Below are positions 58,565 through 64,000 of a DNA stretch of 64,000 nt, in pieces. A model generated the notes under the pieces. It did not search any database. It worked only from the letters and a program-made list of their open reading frames with translations, and was not told the origin of the DNA. The translations under genes and the position numbers were made by a program. The stretch is from Candidatus Latescibacterota bacterium (GTDB lineage: Bacteria > Latescibacterota > UBA2968 > GCA-2709665), in contig CBDDDZ010000005.1 of NCBI GenBank assembly GCA_965226795.1, positions 1,088,001 through 1,152,000 on the forward strand. Reading direction: 5' to 3'. Each line of letters begins with the position of its first letter. Position 1 is the stretch's first letter.

Positions 58565-58608
58565 AAAAAAGAAATCCCGCGGGCGGTAACGCCTGGCGCG
58601 GGATTTTT
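58565..58608. terminator. Bidirectional terminator between convergent genes
   Basis: A tract, AAATCCCGCG...CGCGGGATTT, T tract. Confidence 0.7.
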
Positions 58609-58649
58609 GCGTACGTGCGCGATGGAATGGTTCGTTCTCTTGTCGCCCG

Positions 58650-59489
58650 TCATGAAATCGCGCTTCCGCTTGATTCCGCGACGGCCGATTCTACAAGAGA
58701 CTTCAGGGTTCTCAGGTTGCGTTCAGCCGTTGACACCGCGTCTTCCATAGGAGGCGTCTCAAAGACAAGCGGCCCCCGGTAACCGACTTCGGCCAGCGCT
58801 TTCAGACAGCCCTCGAGGTCAATGTCGCCCTCGCCGACGTAACACGGAGTCCGGTCTTTTCGCGGGTCTTTGATGTGGACCTGAACAATCCGGTCTCCCA
58901 GGCAGTGGATATCAGCGACCGAGTTGCTGCCGAGCATCTGCGCGTTGCCAACGTCGAAGTAAGCCCCCACGTACGGATTGTCTACCGCTTCAACGAGTTC
59001 CCTCAATTGTTCGCCCGTGAGAATATGGCTCCGTCCGACATTCTCCAGGCCGATGTGAATGCCCATTCCGGCCGCCTGAGAGGCGACGGCGCGGGTTTCG
59101 TAGGCCCATCGATGGGCGGCTTCGATGGGGGGCAACGCCATTGGATTGGTGACCGGAATGAGTATGGTTTTGACGTCCAGGACCGTACAGGCATGGATGG
59201 CCTGGAAGACGATCTGTTTGGCCATGAAGCGGTTCGCCACGTCCGGGTCTGCAAAGGAATAGTGCCAGAACGTGTGCAGGCAAACGGAGAAGATGGGAAC
59301 GCCCGCCGATTCGGCGCGCTGCCCCAGGGCTTCGATGCCCTCCTCGTTCCAGAGGTCGGAGGTGCGATAGGTGTTCCCCCGAACGCCCAGTTCAACGCCG
59401 TCGTAGCCGAGTGCCTTCGCTTTCGGGAAAACATCCACCCAGTCGGATTGCAGTACGTCTTCCAGAATACCGAATTTGAACCGGTTCAT
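58650..59489 (-). CDS. Sugar phosphate isomerase/epimerase (hexulose/ribulose-phosphate epimerase-like TIM barrel)
   Basis: GYDGVEL, IGLENV, AYFDVGN, QVHIKD, GEGDID, GYRGPLVFE. Confidence 0.88.
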   Translation of the reverse strand: MNRFKFGILEDVLQSDWVDVFPKAKALGYDGVELGVRGNTYRTSDLWNEEGIEALGQRAESAGVPIFSVCLHTFWHYSFADPDVANRFMAKQIVFQAIHACTVLDVKTILIPVTNPMALPPIEAAHRWAYETRAVASQAAGMGIHIGLENVGRSHILTGEQLRELVEAVDNPYVGAYFDVGNAQMLGSNSVADIHCLGDRIVQVHIKDPRKDRTPCYVGEGDIDLEGCLKALAEVGYRGPLVFETPPMEDAVSTAERNLRTLKSLVESAVAESSGSAIS

Positions 59490-59665
59490 TGGTTCCTTCC
59501 CGTTATCGATTGATCCATTTCGTCAAGATATCCATCTTGCGGCATTCGGCGTGATGTTGGAGGAACATCGCGCGCGCGGACCAGAATTTCGTAAATCCCT
59601 TTTCGTGATGAACGGAAGGGACGACGGACTGGTTTCGGCGCCACGTGATGCCACTGCGTTCCGCT

Positions 59666-59694
59666 AAAGTACAAAAGGTCCGGAGCCCTGTCAA
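59666..59694 (-). promoter_or_regulatory. Putative sigma70 promoter (leftward)
   Basis: Minus strand TTGACA-17bp-TACTTT. Confidence 0.5.
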
Positions 59695-59867
59695 TAGGAT
59701 CCTGAATTCACATGAGCATCGTATCGAGAGCCTTTGTTCGCGACCCATTGTTCCGTGCCTGTGGTGAAGCCGCCTGGCCCAACGCCGTACACGAATTCAT
59801 GGCTGCATCGCATCGAACCGGAGCGCGGCCGGGTCTATGGAACGGCATCCGGATAACGCCATTAGGT

Positions 59868-59896
59868 TTGACATCCGGACGTGGGCAAGGTATTAT
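59868..59896 (+). promoter_or_regulatory. Putative sigma70 promoter (rightward)
   Basis: TTGACA-17bp-TATTAT. Confidence 0.65.
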
Positions 59897-59922
59897 ATTT
59901 CGACTTTCGAGGAGACGCGACG

Positions 59923-60699
59923 ATGAAGACTGCGCTGTGTACAATCGCCTTTAAGGATAGGTCGTTCGAGGGAGTCCTGGATCTCGCGGTCGCGGCCGGT
60001 TTCGACGGTGTCGAACCGTGGGGAAAGCCGGATCACATGCCCGAAGCCTATGACGCGGAGTTTAACCGGCGAATGGCCCGGGCGATTCGTGACCGGGGGC
60101 TGGAGGTATCGCAGTACGGATCGTACATCAATCCGGTCTCGGACGGTTTTGAGCGAGAGATGTCGGAAGGGTTGGATATCGCATCGGATCTGGGGGCGGA
60201 TACGATCCGAGTATGGGCTGGATCCTGCGGTTCCGCGGAGGCGGCCAATGAGGACTGGCAGTCCACGATCTCGGGATTTCGCCGGTTCGCTGACCGGGCA
60301 GGCGACCAGGGAGCGCGTCTGGTCCTGGAGATGCACCTGGGATATTTGTCCGACACGGCGTGGGGTAGCCTGCGCCTGGTGGAAGGCGTGGACCGGCCCA
60401 ATTTTCTTCTGAATTTCCAACCGATGTATTCGGAAAGCGCAGACCGGGTAATGGCGGTGGCGCGGCGGGTAGCCCCTCGCGTGGCGACGGTGCACGCGCA
60501 GAACTATGAAGCCGCCGGGCAGAACGCCCGCAGCCTGATTTCGGGGGGTTACGTGGACTACCGCGCGGTCGTGCGGGAGCTCTCGGCGGCGGGTTTCGAC
60601 GGATTCCTGGAAGTCGAATTTGTCAGGGAGAGCGACCCCGAGGCCGCGCTGATGGCCGATGCCGCGTTTCTCCGCACATTGTGTGAGAGTAGGGATTGA
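59923..60699 (+). CDS. Sugar phosphate isomerase/epimerase (TIM barrel)
   Basis: GAGGAG RBS; AGFDGVEPW, IRVWAG, LVLEMH, VHAQN, GFDGFLEVEF. Confidence 0.85.
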   Translation: MKTALCTIAFKDRSFEGVLDLAVAAGFDGVEPWGKPDHMPEAYDAEFNRRMARAIRDRGLEVSQYGSYINPVSDGFEREMSEGLDIASDLGADTIRVWAGSCGSAEAANEDWQSTISGFRRFADRAGDQGARLVLEMHLGYLSDTAWGSLRLVEGVDRPNFLLNFQPMYSESADRVMAVARRVAPRVATVHAQNYEAAGQNARSLISGGYVDYRAVVRELSAAGFDGFLEVEFVRESDPEAALMADAAFLRTLCESRD

Positions 60700-60729
60700 C
60701 CATAAACTCTTGGGGCAGGAGGTCGGACA

Positions 60730-61485
60730 ATGGAATTTCTGTTGGGATGCCTTGTGTTTGTTACGGTTTTATTGGCGGTGGATTCGGCGCATGCCGCAGG
60801 TCGTCCGAGCTATATGATTTATCGGGCCGGAACGCCCATAACGGTTGACGGGCGGCTGGACGAACCGGCTTGGGTGGCTGCGCCCGACGTGGGGGCGTTC
60901 GTCTTCCCCTGGTACACCGAAGGCAAACCGGAGCAGACGGTGGCGAAGATGCTCTGGGACGATACCCATCTCTACGTTTCATATATTTGCGAAGACGCCC
61001 ATATCTGGGCAGATCACACCGAGCGCAACAGCGCGGTATGCGATGACGACTGCGTGGAAGTGTTTACCGCGCCGAATCCGGAAATGCCGCACGTTTATTT
61101 CAATGTCGAGATGAATGTACTGAGCATTTTTCTTGACCGGTTCAATCCGAAGGGGGCGGGTGAGGTCGTGGACACGGGGTGGCGGGCGAAAGGTCTTCAG
61201 GTTTCAACGTTTATCGCGGGCACGTTGAATGACGACGAGGATACCGATTCATACTGGGTCCTGGAGGCCGCCATACCGTTCGAGAATTTCGCCGGCGTCG
61301 CGAAAAACACACCGCCTGCGCCGGGTGACGTCTGGCATCTGAACCTGAACCGGCTGGGCGGCAAGACCAACGCGCAGTTCAGCCAGTGGTCCGCGAGCCG
61401 GACGCCGGAGCCGCAGTTTCATGCGCCGGACGATTTTGGCCGGGTTACTTTCTCGGCCGTGGCGAGTCCATTCTGGAAGCGATAG
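60730..61485 (+). CDS. Secreted carbohydrate-binding family 9-like (DOMON-like) protein
   Basis: Signal peptide ending AHA; ITVDGRLDEPAW, KMLWDDTHLYV, DDCVEVF, WVLEAAIPF, GDVWHLNLNR, FHAPDDFG. Confidence 0.85.
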   Translation: MEFLLGCLVFVTVLLAVDSAHAAGRPSYMIYRAGTPITVDGRLDEPAWVAAPDVGAFVFPWYTEGKPEQTVAKMLWDDTHLYVSYICEDAHIWADHTERNSAVCDDDCVEVFTAPNPEMPHVYFNVEMNVLSIFLDRFNPKGAGEVVDTGWRAKGLQVSTFIAGTLNDDEDTDSYWVLEAAIPFENFAGVAKNTPPAPGDVWHLNLNRLGGKTNAQFSQWSASRTPEPQFHAPDDFGRVTFSAVASPFWKR

Positions 61486-61615
61486 CGAATCCGCGGGAGG
61501 TCAGGTGACCGGCATGGCGCGGAGGCGGCATGGGAAAGGAGTACCTGATGCTACGAAAGCTTCCAGGCACCTATGGGAGAGACACTACGAAAATCGGTAT
61601 TGGTGGGGAGGATTT

Positions 61616-62659
61616 ATGGCTGAACTACACGACGCGGCACGCGTACATCGAGGCGCGCTGGTAATCGATTCACACAACGATGCGATCGTCAATCATATTC
61701 GCCGGGGAAATCTGGGATTTTCCGGTAGCCCCCCACCCGACTGCGACCGCCGGAACGGGACCGTCGCCCAGTTAAGAGGGCTGCTGGACCGGCAGGCCCT
61801 GGAATCCGGGGTACAGATTGATTTTCTCAAGATGCGCGAGGGGGGCCTGGACGCCGCGTTTTTTGCGGTGGACGTGACCCTTGCCTCGAAGAACCATCTG
61901 ACCTACGCGCTGGATGCCCTGGGGTTTTTCGACTCTGAATTGGAAGTGCAAAAGGGCGACGTGGTGTTGGCGAGATCCGCCGGCGACATTTTGCGCGCAA
62001 AACGTGACGGCAGGCTTGCGGTCGTGCTGGCGTTGGAGAACAGCGACGGGGTGGAGGGCAGCGTGAATGTACTTCGCATGCTGCACCGGGTGGGCGTGCG
62101 GTCGATCGGATTGACGCACGATGTCAGCAGTCTGGCCGCGGGCGGAAACGCGGAGGCGCGCAGCCGCGGCGGATTGACCCGTTTCGGCGTGCGGCTTGTA
62201 GAGGAGATGAACAACCTGGGAATGCTGGTGGACGTTTCGCATATCAGCGAAACAGGATTCTGGGACGTGATGGACGTTTCACAAAAGCCCGTGATCGCTT
62301 CGCACAGCAACTGCAAGTCGGTGTGCGACCATCCAAGAAACCTGAGCAACGAACAGATCAGAGCGCTTGCGAAGAATGGCGGGTCGATGGGTGTGACGTT
62401 TGTGCCCCGTTTCGTCGATACGACAGAACCCACATTCATGCGTCTTCTCGACCATGTGGATCACGTCGTGCAGCTTGCAGGCGTGGACCACGTGGGAATC
62501 GGATCGGATTTCGACGGCGGGGGCACCCTGTTGGACGACGCGACCGCATTTCCTCGAATTACCGAGGGACTGCTGGCGCGGGGATATTTGGAGGGCGACG
62601 TCGACAAGATTCTCGGCGAGAACCACCTCAGGGTGCTGAGGGAAGCGATAGGACGCTGA
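61616..62659 (+). CDS. Membrane dipeptidase family M19 protein
   Basis: IDSHND, ALENS, GLTRFG..LVEEMNNLGMLVDVSH, IASHSN, HPRNL, HVGIGSDFDG, KILGEN. Confidence 0.93.
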   Translation: MAELHDAARVHRGALVIDSHNDAIVNHIRRGNLGFSGSPPPDCDRRNGTVAQLRGLLDRQALESGVQIDFLKMREGGLDAAFFAVDVTLASKNHLTYALDALGFFDSELEVQKGDVVLARSAGDILRAKRDGRLAVVLALENSDGVEGSVNVLRMLHRVGVRSIGLTHDVSSLAAGGNAEARSRGGLTRFGVRLVEEMNNLGMLVDVSHISETGFWDVMDVSQKPVIASHSNCKSVCDHPRNLSNEQIRALAKNGGSMGVTFVPRFVDTTEPTFMRLLDHVDHVVQLAGVDHVGIGSDFDGGGTLLDDATAFPRITEGLLARGYLEGDVDKILGENHLRVLREAIGR

Positions 62660-62769
62660 AGGCAGCCCACGCGGGATGGTATCAGATCGGGCCGGCTGCG
62701 TCCGGGGGGTTCCGCACGGCTGTCCCGTGCGGCGATGAGAAACTCCGGACGTGTCCCGCCGACGTGCCT

Positions 62770-63639
62770 CTATGCGATGGACGGTACTTCGATTTTCTTT
62801 TTCTGGTCGATGGATTTCTCCATTGCTTCCAGTACGGCAACCGGCTTCAGCATCGACTCGCGCGTTTCGTCGGTGATGCCGGTTTTAAACATGTTGCAGA
62901 AGGCTTCTGCGCCGCCCAGATAAGGATTGTCGTCATAGCTGATGACGCGGTCGACGCGTCCTTTTTCGCAGATCACAGACACGTGGAATGCGGAGTGGCC
63001 TTCGGTGAAGAGATTGAGCGTGGAGATGGCACCGCTCGCGGAGTAAAGCGTGCCGGTATGATTCTTTTTTCCCCGGTTGACCTCCACGTGGGTAATGTCG
63101 CTGTCAAGCAGCCGCACAGCCATGTCGACTTGGTGGATGCCATAGAAGAAGACGCCGCCCCAACTGGATTTGATATCGCACGGACCGGTCGTAACCACGG
63201 AGACGATCCGACCCAACTCACCGATGTCTTTTTTCAGTTGGCTGAAGGACTTCTGTTTGGGTAGCACCGAGAAGGAGCAGACAGGGACCCCGAGTTCCGC
63301 CGCGCGGTCCAGGAAACGCCTGCCCTCCGAGACGCGATAACAGAACGGTTTGTCCACAAATACCGGGATTCCGGCTTCTATCAGCGGCCAGACTGCCGGC
63401 AGGTGGTATTTCGCGTCGCGATGGTCCACGCACGCGGCGTCGACCTGACCGATCATATCTTCGGGGTTCCTGACAATATTTGGGATCTGTCCACGATCCT
63501 GAGCGTCTCTGGCGTACCGGTCGGCTTCGCCCCATACATGGGTGACGCGGCAGCCCGGTATTTTTTTGTCGATGTTCAACGTTTTCGAAATGGCGATGGT
63601 GTGGCTGTTCTCCGCGCCGACAATTCCGATGTTGAGCAT
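62770..63639 (-). CDS. Gfo/Idh/MocA family oxidoreductase
   Basis: IGIVGAENSH, VTHVWGE, GIPVFVDKPF, FFYGIH. Confidence 0.85.
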   Translation of the reverse strand: MLNIGIVGAENSHTIAISKTLNIDKKIPGCRVTHVWGEADRYARDAQDRGQIPNIVRNPEDMIGQVDAACVDHRDAKYHLPAVWPLIEAGIPVFVDKPFCYRVSEGRRFLDRAAELGVPVCSFSVLPKQKSFSQLKKDIGELGRIVSVVTTGPCDIKSSWGGVFFYGIHQVDMAVRLLDSDITHVEVNRGKKNHTGTLYSASGAISTLNLFTEGHSAFHVSVICEKGRVDRVISYDDNPYLGGAEAFCNMFKTGITDETRESMLKPVAVLEAMEKSIDQKKKIEVPSIA

Positions 63640-63708
63640 ACATGTCCTCCTGGGTTGGAATTGAGCTTGCGGCCGTGCGAAGACCGCTGGGGGTTTTAAG
63701 GCAGCTTC

Positions 63709-64000
63709 TCAGGGCCTGGCGGGTGAGCCATCCGGCAGGCGGGCCTGCGTCCAGCCGACAATCTCATCCTGACAGGGGTGCTTCGAGGCGAGGTCCTCGT
63801 CAATGTCGATTCCGAGGCCGGGCCGGTCGTTGGGATACATGTAACCGCCTCTAACTTCAGGCGTGCCCGGAAAGATCTCGTAGACGAGATCGTTGAAACG
63901 GCACCACTCCTGGATTCCGAAGTTGGGCGCCCAGAGATCCAGGTGCAGGTTGGCGGCGTGGCCGACGGGCGAAACGTCGCCGGGACCGTGCCAGGCGGTG
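63709..64000 (-). CDS. Enolase-superfamily sugar-acid dehydratase (RspA/mannonate dehydratase-like), C-terminal part truncated by window
   Basis: Manual translation: TAWHGPGDVSPVGHAANLHLDLWAPNFGIQEW...PNDRPGLGIDIDE...RLPDGSPARP*. Confidence 0.88.
   Translation of the reverse strand, partial: TAWHGPGDVSPVGHAANLHLDLWAPNFGIQEWCRFNDLVYEIFPGTPEVRGGYMYPNDRPGLGIDIDEDLASKHPCQDEIVGWTQARLPDGSPARP

Noticed and set aside
1..64000. CRISPR arrays, tRNA/rRNA genes, prophage, IS elements, retroelements, known defence systems
   Set aside because: By eye I found no regularly spaced repeats, cloverleafs, or transposase, integrase or reverse-transcriptase motifs; not verified computationally

Overview
Ordinary chromosomal region of a GC-rich bacterium. 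The paired EF-hand/dockerin-like C-terminal motif, the many sugar-isomerase TIM barrels, heparinase II/III-like proteins and PhyH dioxygenases suggest an FCB-group organism such as Ca. Latescibacterota; this is inference only. Housekeeping genes (PBP1A, secDF, polyprenyl synthase, xth, prmC-prfA, rpmE, rho, HU, ssb, prmA, uvrB-nadC-birA-coaX) are interspersed with uncharacterised carbohydrate-catabolic genes. I saw no rRNA, tRNA, CRISPR array, integrase or transposase. Main leads: (1) an apparently self-contained sigma cascade at 16.0-21.1 kb, made of a PAS kinase, a sigma54 enhancer-binding regulator, three helically phased TGCA-N5-TGCR sites, an IHF-like site and a -24/-12 promoter that drives a PTS EIIA protein and a region-1.1-less sigma70, with HU next; (2) a DksA/TraR-zinc-finger fusion two-gene operon with a paired palindromic operator, back-to-back with a short terminated RNA and an atypical response regulator (37.8-40.9 kb); (3) a secreted metallopeptidase-like gene broken by a 10-bp insertion with a 7-bp duplication; (4) an orphan Helicase_C_3/WYL protein; (5) a pair of DUF3179 lipoproteins (Cys versus Ser motif) with outer-membrane barrel genes. 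Family assignments come from motif recognition, not database searches.
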